From Escherichia phage OLB35: a DNA stretch of 64,000 nucleotides. Position numbers and translations under genes: made by a program. Below the pieces are notes generated by a model. It was not told where the DNA came from. It worked only from the letters and a program-made list of their open reading frames with translations, and did no database searches. The stretch lies in the sequence record MH992122.1; one strand, 5' to 3'. Below, in pieces: positions 53,630 through 64,000 of the stretch; position 1 is the stretch's first letter, and every line of letters starts with the position of its first letter.

Positions 53630-54547
53630 TCAGAATTCGTTAATTACACTTGTTAATTTAGAAAGACCAGATTTTACAAAGTATGAATAAATCTTGCCTT
53701 TAGGTTGTGGTTGATATGAGTTATAATACTCTATAATGGTTGAAGCAATATTATCAGGAATATAATCAAAATCAATTAGAACTAAATTTTCCTGATACCG
53801 TTTATATTCTTCTGCACTTAATAATACTTCAGCTTGAGAACGGTCATTGGCAATTGCTTCAATAATCGTTGTTTTCATGCTTGGAGTTCGTTCGCCTTCA
53901 ACTCGAGTAAACCAGAAGTCACCACGAACTCGAACAGACGCAACACCATCTTTACGGTCGCCTTTAAGAATTTTAGTCATGCAATCAATTTCAGCAGAAC
54001 CATTCTTAATTTTAACCCATTTTTTCTGCGGTGGCGACCACTGTTTAACGTTAGGGTACTTGTGTAATTGTGTAAAGTCACCATCTGATGCAACAATACA
54101 CACCTTATGACCAGCTAATGACAAATATTTAGTTAATACACCGATATGGTCATCCGCTTCGTATTTGTCAATATCCATTACAACGTATGGCATATATTTC
54201 TTAATCTCATCAACAACTTGATGAAGTGCAGTAAAATATCCTTCCCAATCCCACTTTGAAGCTTCACGATCGGTTTTACGATTTTTCTTATAATAGTAAG
54301 CAAAGTCACGACGCCAATATCCAGAAGTAGCGTTATCCATGCACAATACAAATTTTGTATAACCTTGCTTACGGAACATCACTACGTTTTTACGAATTGA
54401 ATTCAAGACTACATGGCGAACCATCGGAACAGTAATTTTATCACCGTCTTCAAAGTTGTTTAATGCAGCTGCCAATGCAATGTTACTAAAGTCGGCAAGT
54501 GCAATACCTTCTTTGTAATCTTCATTCAACATCATTTCTAAATCCAT
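53630..54547 (-). CDS. rnh: RNase H (5-prime to 3-prime exonuclease, FEN family)
   Basis: 305 aa as in T4; N-terminus MDLEMMLNEDYKEG matches T4 RNase H. Confidence 0.95.
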   Translation of the reverse strand: MDLEMMLNEDYKEGIALADFSNIALAAALNNFEDGDKITVPMVRHVVLNSIRKNVVMFRKQGYTKFVLCMDNATSGYWRRDFAYYYKKNRKTDREASKWDWEGYFTALHQVVDEIKKYMPYVVMDIDKYEADDHIGVLTKYLSLAGHKVCIVASDGDFTQLHKYPNVKQWSPPQKKWVKIKNGSAEIDCMTKILKGDRKDGVASVRVRGDFWFTRVEGERTPSMKTTIIEAIANDRSQAEVLLSAEEYKRYQENLVLIDFDYIPDNIASTIIEYYNSYQPQPKGKIYSYFVKSGLSKLTSVINEF

Positions 54548-54625
54548 ATGAACCTCTTGTTCAGTTAGTCAACTTGGACTATAGTAACATACTAGTTCGA
54601 AAGCGTAAATAGTCTTTTACTCATT

Positions 54626-54633
54626 TATAAATA
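54626..54633 (+). promoter_or_regulatory. Late promoter TATAAATA (gene 34)
   Basis: Exact TATAAATA about 35 nt upstream of the gp34 ATG. Confidence 0.7.
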
Positions 54634-54667
54634 GTAAAATAGAACACATAATGATAAGAGGACTACC

Positions 54668-57600
54668 ATGGTTGACATCAAACGTAAGTTCAGGGCCGAA
54701 GATGGTCTTGACGCAGGCGGTGATAAGATAGTTAACGTTGCGCTTGCTGACCGCACAGTTGGCACCGATGGCGTGAACGTTGACTTTTTGGTGCAAGAAA
54801 ACACCGTACAGAATTATGACGATACGCGCGCGTATACAAAAGATTTTATTGTTCTTTATGATAATCGTTTTTATCAAGCTTTAAACGATATTCCAGCTCC
54901 GGCAGGCCCTTTCTCTTTGGCTAAATGGAAGGCAACTCGTACAGATGCAGAATGGATTACAGTTCAAGGCGGAGATTTCCAATTATCAGTAGGTAACTCT
55001 ATCGCGGTTGATACTTCAGCTGGCACTGATATTAATTTCACTTTGCCTCAAAATCCTTTAGATGGCGATACAGTTATTTTGTCTGATATTGGCGGTAGAG
55101 TAGGCTATGTAAAAGTTCAAATTACTGCAGCGGCTCAAAGTATTGTAAACTTTAGAGGACAACAGGTTCGTTCAGTTTTAATGACGCACCCAAAATCTAA
55201 AATGGTCTTCATTTTTAGCAACCGCCTATGGCAAATGTATGTTTCTGATTACGAACGTAATGCAGTCACAGTAACTCCTGCTAAGCCATATCAGGCGCAA
55301 CCTAATGATTTTATCATTCGACGTTTTACATCAGCCGCTCCTATTAATATTACATTGCCTCGTAATGCTAATAATGGCGATATTATTAATTTAGTTGATT
55401 TAGACAAATTAAACCCATTATATCACACAATTGTCAAAACTTACGATGATACAACTTCTATACGAGAAGCTGGTGTTCATGTAGCAGAAGGACGTAATAC
55501 TGCGGAAGCATTCTTTGTTTATGATTCTGCTAATAGCTTATGGCGTGTTTGGGAAGGTGACCAGAAATCTCGTTTACGTATAGTTCGTAATGATACTGAT
55601 TTACGCCCTAATGAAGAAGTTCTTGTTTTTGGAACTAATAATGATACAATCTCGACGGTAAATCTTACTTTGCCTACAGATATTTTGTCTGGTGATACTG
55701 TTAAAATATCGTTGAATTATATGCGTAAAGGGCAAACTGTAAAAATTAAAGCTGCTGAAGGCGATACAATTGCTAGCAGTATTTCTTTATTACAGTTCCC
55801 AAAACGTTCAGAGTATCCACCTGATGCACAATGGGTTTCTGTTAGTGAGCTGGAATTTAATGGCGATACTTCGTATGTACCTGTACTTGAGTTAGCTTAT
55901 ATAGAAGATTATTCATCTGAAACAAAATATTGGGTAGTTCAACAAAACACTGTAACCGTCGAACGAGTCGATGCATCGAGCAATACAACTCGAGCTCGTT
56001 TAGGTGTTATTGCTCTTGCTTCTCAAGCGCAAGCAAATGTCGATTTAGAAAATGCTCCTGGTAAAGAACTGGCTATTACTCCGGAAACATTAGCAAATCG
56101 TACAGCAACTGAAACTCGTCGTGGTATTGCTCGTATTGCAACAACTGCACAAGTTAACCAGAATACCGATTTTGCATTCCAAGACGACTTGATTATTTCT
56201 CCTAAGAAATTGAACGAACGTACAGCAACTGAAACCCGTAGAGGTGTTGCTGAAGTTGCAACTCAGGCTGAAACTAATGCTGGCACAGATGATACCACTA
56301 TTATTACTCCTAAGAAATTGGATGCCCGTCAAGGTTCTGAAGTTTTATCTGGTATTGTAAAATACACATCTACGACTGGTACTACAGCGGCTACTGTTCG
56401 TGGTAATGCTGGGACTAACGTTTATAACAAAGCCGTAGATAATTTAACTATTTCTCCAAAGGCTCTTGACCAGTATAAAGCTACCCCTACTCAACAGGGC
56501 GCAGTAATTCTTGCTATTGAAAGTGAAGTTATCGCTGGTGAATCACAAGCCGGTTGGGCTAATGCTGTAGTGACCCCTGAAACACTACATAAGAAAACTT
56601 CTACTGATGGACGTATTGGTTTAATTGAAATTGCTACGCAAGCAGAAACTAACACTGGAACTGATTATACTAGAGCAGTAACGCCTAAGACGTTAAATGA
56701 TAGGAAAGCTACGGAAGGATTATCCGGCATAGCCGAAATTGCTACGCAAGTTGAATTTGATACTGGAACTGACGATACTCGTATCTCGTCTCCACTGAAA
56801 ATTAAAACTCATTTTGATTCTTCTGACCGTACCAGTGTTAATTCTGATTCCGGACTTATTGAAGAAGGAACCTTGTGGAACCATTATACTCTTGATATTT
56901 CTAAAGCAAATGAAACACAACGTGGTACACTTCGCGTAGCGACTCAGGCAGAATCTAATGCCGGAACTTTAGATGATGTTCTTATTACTCCTAAAAAACT
57001 TTTAGGGACTAAGTCCACTGAAACGTCTGAAGGTGTGATTAAGGTTGCTACTCAAGATGAAACTGTAACGGGAACTTCCACTAATACCGCTGTATCACCT
57101 AAGAATTTAAAATGGATTGTCCAGGATGAACCAACATGGGCTGCTACTACGGCAATTCGTGGATTCGTTAAAACTTCATCCGGTTCTATTACATTCGTTG
57201 GTGACGATACTCAAGGTAGTACCCAGGATCTGAATCTTTACGAGAAAAATAGTTATGCTATTTCTCCATATGAATTAAACCGTGTACTTGCTAACTATTT
57301 GCCATTGAAAGCTAAAGCCGTAGATAGTAATCTGTTAGATGGTCTAGATTCTCTCCAGTTCATCCGTAGAGACATCGACCAGACGGTTAATGGTTCTTTA
57401 AGTCTTACTAAACAGACCAACCTGAGTGCTCCTTTAGTATCTACAAGCACTGCTTCTTTTGGATCTGAAGCATCTGTTACTCGTAGATTAACTCTTAATG
57501 ACTCTAGCGGTTCCGAAATAGTTTTCACTAAAGGAACCCAATCTCTTAGTAATAAAGAGAATTTCGTTGTTAGAGCATGGGGTAATAGCGCTACAGATGG

Positions 57601-58501
57601 TGCCCGTGATACAGTATTTGAAGCTGGTGACGAAACCGGATACCATTTCTATTCTCAGCGCGCTTCTGATAATAAAGTATCATTTAATATTAATGGAACA
57701 CTTTATTCAACAGGCATTGTTTCTACAAATGGATTAAATGTTACAGGTGTTTCTACCTTTACCGGGCCTATTAGTGCTACAGGCGAAATTGTTTCTAGTT
57801 CTCCTATTGCATTCAGAGCTATTAACGGTAACTATGGTGTTATGCTTTATAATGCTGGTAACAGTTCTTATATTGCATTAACTAACTCAGGTGACCAGAC
57901 CGGGACGTTTAATAACTTACGCCCGATTACGATTAACAATGCCACAGGATTGGTTCGTCTTGACAACGGTGTTCAAATCACAAGTGGCGCAACAATAACT
58001 ACCGGTGGGTTAACTGTAAATAACAGGATTATTTCTAACGGCGTTAAAACTGCTACGGTTTATACCGATAAACCAACAGCTTCTACTGTAGGTTTTTGGT
58101 CTATTGACATTAACGATTCTGCTGTATATAGCCAATTCCCTGGATACTGGACGCGTGATAACAAAGGTAACCGTGACCAAGAAATTAAATATCCTGGTAC
58201 TTTGACTCAATTTGGTAATAGCTTAGATTCGCTTTATCAGGATTGGATTTGTTATCCTACAGGTGCAAATGGTGGTAGTATTCGTTATACTCGTACCTGG
58301 CAGAAAAATAAAGATGCTTGGACTTCATTTGCAATGGTATTTGATAGTGGCAACCCACCTTCACCTAGCGATGTCGGTGCTATCCCATCTGATAATGCTG
58401 TTATTGGAAACCTTACTGTTCGAGACTTCTTACAATTAGGAAATGTGAGAATTGTTCCAGACCCGGTTAACAAAACCGTTAAATTTATATGGGTTGAATA
58501 A
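54668..58501 (+). CDS. 34: Long tail fibre proximal subunit gp34
   Basis: 1277 aa (T4 1289); internal tandem repeat motif; late promoter at 54626. Confidence 0.95.
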   Translation: MVDIKRKFRAEDGLDAGGDKIVNVALADRTVGTDGVNVDFLVQENTVQNYDDTRAYTKDFIVLYDNRFYQALNDIPAPAGPFSLAKWKATRTDAEWITVQGGDFQLSVGNSIAVDTSAGTDINFTLPQNPLDGDTVILSDIGGRVGYVKVQITAAAQSIVNFRGQQVRSVLMTHPKSKMVFIFSNRLWQMYVSDYERNAVTVTPAKPYQAQPNDFIIRRFTSAAPINITLPRNANNGDIINLVDLDKLNPLYHTIVKTYDDTTSIREAGVHVAEGRNTAEAFFVYDSANSLWRVWEGDQKSRLRIVRNDTDLRPNEEVLVFGTNNDTISTVNLTLPTDILSGDTVKISLNYMRKGQTVKIKAAEGDTIASSISLLQFPKRSEYPPDAQWVSVSELEFNGDTSYVPVLELAYIEDYSSETKYWVVQQNTVTVERVDASSNTTRARLGVIALASQAQANVDLENAPGKELAITPETLANRTATETRRGIARIATTAQVNQNTDFAFQDDLIISPKKLNERTATETRRGVAEVATQAETNAGTDDTTIITPKKLDARQGSEVLSGIVKYTSTTGTTAATVRGNAGTNVYNKAVDNLTISPKALDQYKATPTQQGAVILAIESEVIAGESQAGWANAVVTPETLHKKTSTDGRIGLIEIATQAETNTGTDYTRAVTPKTLNDRKATEGLSGIAEIATQVEFDTGTDDTRISSPLKIKTHFDSSDRTSVNSDSGLIEEGTLWNHYTLDISKANETQRGTLRVATQAESNAGTLDDVLITPKKLLGTKSTETSEGVIKVATQDETVTGTSTNTAVSPKNLKWIVQDEPTWAATTAIRGFVKTSSGSITFVGDDTQGSTQDLNLYEKNSYAISPYELNRVLANYLPLKAKAVDSNLLDGLDSLQFIRRDIDQTVNGSLSLTKQTNLSAPLVSTSTASFGSEASVTRRLTLNDSSGSEIVFTKGTQSLSNKENFVVRAWGNSATDGARDTVFEAGDETGYHFYSQRASDNKVSFNINGTLYSTGIVSTNGLNVTGVSTFTGPISATGEIVSSSPIAFRAINGNYGVMLYNAGNSSYIALTNSGDQTGTFNNLRPITINNATGLVRLDNGVQITSGATITTGGLTVNNRIISNGVKTATVYTDKPTASTVGFWSIDINDSAVYSQFPGYWTRDNKGNRDQEIKYPGTLTQFGNSLDSLYQDWICYPTGANGGSIRYTRTWQKNKDAWTSFAMVFDSGNPPSPSDVGAIPSDNAVIGNLTVRDFLQLGNVRIVPDPVNKTVKFIWVE
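56096..57120 (+). repeat. In-frame tandem repeats inside gene 34 (about 40-aa units)
   Basis: Near-identical 27-nt stretches (CGTACAGCAACTGAAAC(T/C)CGT(C/A)G(T/A)GGT) at 56098 and 56219; protein motif ATQAE.N.GTDDT.IITPKKL recurs at least five times. Confidence 0.7.
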
Positions 58502-58509
58502 GAGGTTAT

Positions 58510-59634
58510 ATGGAAAAATTTATGGCAAGGTTTGGACAGGGATACGTCCAAACGCCGTTTTTATCGGAAAGCAATTCAGTTAGATTTAAACTAAGTATAG
58601 CGGGTTCATGCCCGCTTTCAACAACTAATCCGTATATTTTGTTCCAAAATGAGCCTTTAGGGTTGCAGTCTTTTGGTATTGGACTAAATGTTAGGGTAAT
58701 AAATCCGGAAAATGGAACTATAGTTGATAGTAAATTATACAATTTTGCGCCTACAAATAATGCAACTTCGGCCGCGTTTATTTCGTTTGTTAATACATAC
58801 GCAGATAATTTCATTTTCGCATTTATTTCTAATAACAAATTTAATTTGCCGCCAGAAATAATTGAATGGTTTAAAGCTGCTGGGAGTTCAGTTATACCGT
58901 CAATTGAAGTTGCTAGTCTTGTTGATATTTCATATTCAGCGTTTTATGTTTCAGGTAAAAATACTATTGCATTAGAACACATAAAATACAGTAATAAGAA
59001 AACAATTTCTGATTACGCAACTCCATTAGATATTGTATATGACTCTATTGCTGATATAGGTGCTACCGGCTATCCTAGACGTACATATGAAGCTCTAGAA
59101 ACGTTTTTATCTCCTGTTGGAGGAACTAACAATGAAATAAAAAGGGTGCCTACATCATCCCTTGTTACTCCTATCGCAAACTATGGATTAAAGCCTACAG
59201 ATTTTCTTTATTTGAAATTTCAATTAATGGCTGATGAAGCATTACTAGAGGAAGGAACCACAAGACTTTCAATTCGTTTCTTTAAGACTCCATCTAGCTC
59301 TCCTATATTGTCTAAAGATATAAACTTTGACGGAACTGCTGGAGTGTGGAAGTTATACGAAGAATATGTTGAAATACCAGCCGAAGCCGATGGCTTTACA
59401 GTATATTGTTACCGTACGGCCCCAGTCGGTCAAGGTGGACTAAGAAATGTTATTTTCACTGAAGTATCATGTAACGGAAGTATAGCAAAACCTGCCGAGT
59501 TTGGCCTAAATGGTATTCGTGCTAATTACATCGATGAATCATTAATTGGTAATGATATAATGGACTTGCCTACCCAGTTATCTAACGACACGGGTAAGGT
59601 ATTTGGGCAAGAATTTAAAGAGTACACAGAATAA
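58510..59634 (+). CDS. 35: Long tail fibre hinge (knee) protein gp35
   Basis: 374 aa (T4 372). Confidence 0.9.
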   Translation: MEKFMARFGQGYVQTPFLSESNSVRFKLSIAGSCPLSTTNPYILFQNEPLGLQSFGIGLNVRVINPENGTIVDSKLYNFAPTNNATSAAFISFVNTYADNFIFAFISNNKFNLPPEIIEWFKAAGSSVIPSIEVASLVDISYSAFYVSGKNTIALEHIKYSNKKTISDYATPLDIVYDSIADIGATGYPRRTYEALETFLSPVGGTNNEIKRVPTSSLVTPIANYGLKPTDFLYLKFQLMADEALLEEGTTRLSIRFFKTPSSSPILSKDINFDGTAGVWKLYEEYVEIPAEADGFTVYCYRTAPVGQGGLRNVIFTEVSCNGSIAKPAEFGLNGIRANYIDESLIGNDIMDLPTQLSNDTGKVFGQEFKEYTE

Positions 59635-59635
59635 A

Positions 59636-59651
59636 GGAGACTTCGGTCTCC
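59636..59651 (+). terminator. Terminator hairpin GGAGAC-UUCG-GUCUCC plus U-tract after gp35
   Basis: Followed by UUUUCGCG, then the gene 36 late promoter. Confidence 0.7.
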
Positions 59652-59659
59652 TTTTCGCG

Positions 59660-59667
59660 TATAAATA
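59660..59667 (+). promoter_or_regulatory. Late promoter TATAAATA (gene 36)
   Basis: Exact TATAAATA directly after the gp35 terminator hairpin. Confidence 0.7.
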
Positions 59668-59693
59668 CTTTAATATTAATAAGGAGACACGAA

Positions 59694-60350
59694 ATGGCCG
59701 ATTTAAAAGCCGGAAGTACAGTTGGTGGTTCCGTCATATGGCATCAAGGCAATTTTCCTTTAATGCCAGCTGGCGATGACATCCTATATAAAACATTTAA
59801 ATTATACACCGAATATAACAAGCCAAAAGCGGCTGATAACGATTTCGTATCTAAAGCAAACGGCGGGACATATCTCAAAAAGGTAATCTTTAACGAAGGT
59901 GTTGCAGTCAAAACAGCTGATGACCAAACGAATGGTATTTTTTCTGGTGGTGGTGACGCCGCGACATTCGACCAAACAAACATGGATATTGTTTCATGGT
60001 ATGGTATTGGGTTTAAATCATCTCAAGGTACCGGTGAAAGAACTGTTGTAATTGATACTCGCACCGGTAATATAAGTTCTAAAGGCGTTATTGAAGCATC
60101 TCAATTCAGAGCCACAACGTTAGCACCTTTAAATAATTATGACCTTACTCGCAAAGATTATGTTGATAGTCAAATAAATACAGTTAATGCTAATGCAAAC
60201 AGTCGTGTACTCCGTTCAGGAGATACTATGACCGGGGCGCTAACCGCCCCAAACTTTTTCTCACAGAATCCTGCATCTCAACCCTCGCATGTTCCGCGAT
60301 TTGACCAAATTGTTATTAAGGATTCTGTTCAAGATTTCGGCTATTATTAA
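59694..60350 (+). CDS. 36: Long tail fibre distal connector gp36
   Basis: 218 aa (T4 221); late promoter at 59660. Confidence 0.9.
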   Translation: MADLKAGSTVGGSVIWHQGNFPLMPAGDDILYKTFKLYTEYNKPKAADNDFVSKANGGTYLKKVIFNEGVAVKTADDQTNGIFSGGGDAATFDQTNMDIVSWYGIGFKSSQGTGERTVVIDTRTGNISSKGVIEASQFRATTLAPLNNYDLTRKDYVDSQINTVNANANSRVLRSGDTMTGALTAPNFFSQNPASQPSHVPRFDQIVIKDSVQDFGYY

Positions 60351-60358
60351 GAGGACTT

Positions 60359-63300
60359 ATGGCTACTTTAAAACAAATACAATTTAAAAGAAGCAAAACT
60401 GCAGGAGCACGTCCTGCTGCTTCAGTATTAGCCGAAGGTGAATTGGCTATAAACTTAAAAGACCGTGTACTTTTTACTAAAGATGACCAAGGAAATATTA
60501 TTGATCTAGGTTTTGCTAAAGGTGGTAGTATTGACGGGAATGTTATTCATACTGGCAATTACAACCAAACTGGTGATTATACTTTAAATGGCGTCTTCAC
60601 ACAGACGGGTAATTTTAATTTAACTGGTATTGCTCGAGTAACTCGCGATATTATTGCCGCCGGGCAGATTATGACTGAAGGCGGTGAACTTATTACAAAA
60701 AGTTCAGGCACAGCACATGTTCGTTTTTTCGATAACAATAGTCGCGAACGCGGAATCATTTATGCCCCGGCTAATGATGGTTTAACTACACAAGTACTTA
60801 ATATCAGGGTTCAAGACTACGCCGCTGGTGATGAAAGCACCTATGCATTTTCGGGCAGCGGACTATTTACTTCACCTGAAGTATCAGCATGGAAATCTAT
60901 TTCGTCTCCACAAATTCTGACCAACAAAGTCATTACAAATGGGAAGAAGACCGGCGATTATGATATCTATTCATTATCAAATAACGTTCCATTGTCAGAA
61001 AGCGAAACGGCTATTAACCACCTCCGTGTCATGCGAAATGCTGTTGGTTCTGGTATTTTCCACGAAGTTAAAGTTAATGATGGAATAACCTGGTATAGCG
61101 GAGATGGATTAGACACTTATCTTTGGTCGTTTACCTGGAGCGGTGGAATTAAATCCAGTCACTCTATTTCTATCGGTTTACCAGGCGGTAATAAAGATTA
61201 TTCAATATTAGGACCATCTTCGATTGCTCTTGGCGATAATGACACCGGGTTAAAATGGCACCAGGATGGATATTTCCATACAGTAAACAATGGAACAAGA
61301 ACTTTCATCTACGGCCCTGCAGAAACACAAAGCCTTAGAAAAATGGTTATGGGTTATTCTCCAGATGGGCTTCTTATGACAACGCCACCGACAGAAAACT
61401 ATGCTTTGGCTACTGTTGTTACTTACCATGATAATAACGCATACGGTGACGGTCAAACTCTTTTAGGATATTATCAAGGCGGTAACTATCATCATTATTT
61501 TCGCGGTAAGGGTACTACAAACATTAATACTCACGGCGGTTTGTTAGTTACTCCAGGTAATATTGATGTTATTGGCGGTTCTGTTAATATAGATGGTAGA
61601 AATAATTCTTCTACACTAATGTTTAGAGGCAACACAACAGGATACAGCTCGGTTGATAATATGGATATTAAAGTTTGGGGTAATACGTTTGTTGATCCAA
61701 GCGGAGGTATCCGTAAAAACGTCATGGAAATTTCTGATGCAACTAGTTGGATGAGCTATATTCAAAGACTTACAACAGGTGAAGTAGAAATGAACGTTAA
61801 CGGTTCATTTGAATCATCTCGTGTTACTGCTGGAGATAGGGGAGTTTACACAACAGGCGAAATTTCATCTGGAGCAGTGAATGCGCTTCGTATTTGGAAC
61901 GCAGATTATGGAGCTATTTTTAGACGTTCAGAAGATAGTCTTCATATTATTCCAACTGCTTACGGTGAAGGTAAACACGGCGATATCGGTCCACTTCGCC
62001 CGTTTAGTATGGCTTTAGATACTGGTAAAGTTACTATTCCAGATTTACAATCAAAATACAATACGATCACTGCGAACGGCTATATTAAATTTGTTGGCCA
62101 TGGTGCAGGCGCTGGTGGTTATGATATTCAATATGCTCAAGCAGCTCCTGTTTTCCAGGAAATCGATGATGATGCTGTAAGCAAATATTATCCTATTGTT
62201 AAGCAGAAGTTTTTAAACGGTAAAGCAGTTTGGTCTTTAGGTACCGAAATTAATTCGGGTACATTCGTTATTCATCATCTGAAAGAAGATGGATCACAAG
62301 GCCATACATCTCGTTTTAATCAAGACGGCACAGTTAATTTCCCTGATAACGTTCTGGTCGGCGGCGGCGAAGCTGCTATTGCTCGTAATGGTAATATTTT
62401 CTCGGATATTTGGAAAACGTTTACTTCAGCAGGCGACGTAACTAATATTCGCGATGCAATAGCTACTCGTGTTGCTAAAGAAGGCGATACGATGACAGGC
62501 GCTCTTTGGATTAATAAAGATGCTGCTGGAATAGTTCTTAATCCTCCTTTGGCTAGTGATTCATCATTTATTCGTTCTGATACGGCCGGGGTCAATAATT
62601 GGTATATTGGTAAAGGCGGTGCCGACAATGGTCTAGGTTTTTACAGTTACATTACACAAGGCGGTGTATACATAACAAATACCGGTGAAATATCGCTTTC
62701 TCCTCAAGGACAAGGAACATTTAATTTTAATAGAGACCGCCTTTATATAAATGCTAGTCAATGGATTGCACATAAATCTGGCGCTTGGGGCGACCAATGG
62801 GGCTTAGAAGCTCCTGTATTTGTGGATTTTGGTAGCGTTGGTAATGATAGTTATTATCCTATTATCAAAGGAAAATCTGGTATTACTAATGAAGGTTATG
62901 TATCTGGTGTTGATTTCGGTATGCGACGCATTACTAATACATGGGCACAAGGTATTATCCGTGTAGGTAATCAGGAAAACGGTTCCGACCCACAAGCTAT
63001 CTATGAATTTCACCATAGCGGTACTTTTTACGCACCCGGTCTGCTTAAATCTAGTCGTGTTTCTGCGGGTGGTGGTGACCCTGCGTGGGGTAGTCCTTGT
63101 ATTGTATTAGGTGACAACGATACCGGATTTCTTTGGGAAGCAGATGGTATTTTCAACGCATATGCAAACGGCCAAGGCGTATTCAGTTTTAGAGCTGGTC
63201 TCGCACAAACGTTCGGTAACGTATCGTTAAACGTTAACGCAGGTATGTATGTTCGTGATAACATTGATGTTAACGATGTTTATATCCGTTCTGATATTCG

Positions 63301-63610
63301 TTGTAAGTCAGAAATTAAGCTTATTAAGAACGCTCAAGAGAAATCTAAACTCTTAGGCGGCTATACTTATCTGCTTAAAAACTCTGTTACAGACGAAGTT
63401 AAACCGTCTGCAGGTTTGATTGCTCAGGAAGTTCAAGAAGTATTGCCCGAACTTGTTTCTGAAGATAAAGAGACCGGACTGCTTCGTTTGAACTATAACG
63501 GTATTATCGGTTTAAATATTGCTACAATCAACGAGCATACTGACGAAATCAAGGAATTGAAATCCGAAATTGCTGAGTTGAAAGCATTAATTAAATCATT
63601 GATAAAATAA
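60359..63610 (+). CDS. 37: Long tail fibre distal subunit gp37 with C-terminal intramolecular chaperone domain
   Basis: 1083 aa; last ~106 aa (from SDIRCK...) carry the endosialidase-type chaperone signature [15 protein letters not shown]. Confidence 0.9.
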   Translation: MATLKQIQFKRSKTAGARPAASVLAEGELAINLKDRVLFTKDDQGNIIDLGFAKGGSIDGNVIHTGNYNQTGDYTLNGVFTQTGNFNLTGIARVTRDIIAAGQIMTEGGELITKSSGTAHVRFFDNNSRERGIIYAPANDGLTTQVLNIRVQDYAAGDESTYAFSGSGLFTSPEVSAWKSISSPQILTNKVITNGKKTGDYDIYSLSNNVPLSESETAINHLRVMRNAVGSGIFHEVKVNDGITWYSGDGLDTYLWSFTWSGGIKSSHSISIGLPGGNKDYSILGPSSIALGDNDTGLKWHQDGYFHTVNNGTRTFIYGPAETQSLRKMVMGYSPDGLLMTTPPTENYALATVVTYHDNNAYGDGQTLLGYYQGGNYHHYFRGKGTTNINTHGGLLVTPGNIDVIGGSVNIDGRNNSSTLMFRGNTTGYSSVDNMDIKVWGNTFVDPSGGIRKNVMEISDATSWMSYIQRLTTGEVEMNVNGSFESSRVTAGDRGVYTTGEISSGAVNALRIWNADYGAIFRRSEDSLHIIPTAYGEGKHGDIGPLRPFSMALDTGKVTIPDLQSKYNTITANGYIKFVGHGAGAGGYDIQYAQAAPVFQEIDDDAVSKYYPIVKQKFLNGKAVWSLGTEINSGTFVIHHLKEDGSQGHTSRFNQDGTVNFPDNVLVGGGEAAIARNGNIFSDIWKTFTSAGDVTNIRDAIATRVAKEGDTMTGALWINKDAAGIVLNPPLASDSSFIRSDTAGVNNWYIGKGGADNGLGFYSYITQGGVYITNTGEISLSPQGQGTFNFNRDRLYINASQWIAHKSGAWGDQWGLEAPVFVDFGSVGNDSYYPIIKGKSGITNEGYVSGVDFGMRRITNTWAQGIIRVGNQENGSDPQAIYEFHHSGTFYAPGLLKSSRVSAGGGDPAWGSPCIVLGDNDTGFLWEADGIFNAYANGQGVFSFRAGLAQTFGNVSLNVNAGMYVRDNIDVNDVYIRSDIRCKSEIKLIKNAQEKSKLLGGYTYLLKNSVTDEVKPSAGLIAQEVQEVLPELVSEDKETGLLRLNYNGIIGLNIATINEHTDEIKELKSEIAELKALIKSLIK

Positions 63611-63641
63611 TAAAAGGGCCTTCGGGGCCCTGGAGGTTTAT

Positions 63642-64000
63642 ATGGCAGTAGTAGGAATTCCTGGTTGGATTGGGACTTCAGCCGTCGCTGAAACAGGCCA
63701 ACGTTGGATGACAGCAGCTTCTAGAGAATTGCGTCTTGGTAACCCGTCTTGGATGTCACAATTTGCTGGTAGGTCCCGTGAGATTATTCATACGCTTGGA
63801 GCTGACCATAACTTTAATGGTCAATGGTTCCGAGATAGATGTTTTGAGGCGGGTAGTGCGCCTATAGTGTTTAATATCACCGGAAATTTGGTATCATATT
63901 CTAAAGACGTTCCTTTATTCTTCATGTATGGTGATACACCAAATGAATATGTTACTTTGAATATTCATGGTGGAGTTCATATGTGGGGACGAGGTGGTAA
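63642..64000 (+). CDS. 38: gp38 receptor-recognising adhesin, T2/K3 type (3-prime end outside the window)
   Basis: N-terminus [22 protein letters not shown]....[43 protein letters not shown] matches the conserved N-terminal domain of T2-type gp38 adhesins, not T4 gp38. Confidence 0.85.
   Translation, partial: MAVVGIPGWIGTSAVAETGQRWMTAASRELRLGNPSWMSQFAGRSREIIHTLGADHNFNGQWFRDRCFEAGSAPIVFNITGNLVSYSKDVPLFFMYGDTPNEYVTLNIHGGVHMWGRGG

Noticed and set aside
54668-58501. Possibility that gene 34 repeats are a CRISPR-like array
   Set aside because: Repeats are in-frame, protein-coding and of variable sequence; no short direct repeats with unique spacers.

Overview
This window is a contiguous segment of a T4-like (T-even, Tequatrovirus-type) myovirus genome, with gene order collinear with phage T4 from gene 13 to gene 38. 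It is not T4 itself: proteins differ from T4 throughout and the partial gp38 has the T2/K3-type adhesin N-terminus. Calls rest on recalled T4 protein sequences, motifs read from the ORF translations, and synteny; no database search was run. Content, in order: (1) plus-strand late module: neck 13/14, 15, terminase 16/17, sheath 18, tube 19, portal 20, core 67/68, protease 21, scaffold 22, major capsid 23, vertex 24; (2) rnlB, a disrupted hoc, inh, uvsW/uvsW.1, uvsY; (3) baseplate hub/wedge 25, 26, 51, 27, 28, 29, 48, 54; (4) a long minus-strand early region: alt, DNA ligase, 30.x-like ORFs, rIII, 31, dCMP deaminase, a DAHP-synthase homologue, pseT, a spanin pair, alc, rnlA, denA, nrdB, nrdA, td, frd, 32, 59, a GIY-YIG homing endonuclease, 33, dsbA, rnh; (5) long tail fibre genes 34-37 and the start of 38. 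Regulatory signals are read directly from the sequence: TATAAATA late promoters, a repeated GTTTAC/-10 early promoter cassette, and a recurring GGGAGAC-tetraloop-GUCUCCC terminator hairpin. No tRNA, rRNA or CRISPR array was seen. I did not find a clearly undescribed multi-gene system. The best candidates for follow-up are the DAHP-synthase gene coupled to cd, a translationally coupled NADAR-like/HAD-like pair, the frameshifted hoc, the homing endonuclease between 59 and 33, an opposite-strand early gene between 23 and 24, and a 267-bp structured non-coding region next to rIII.
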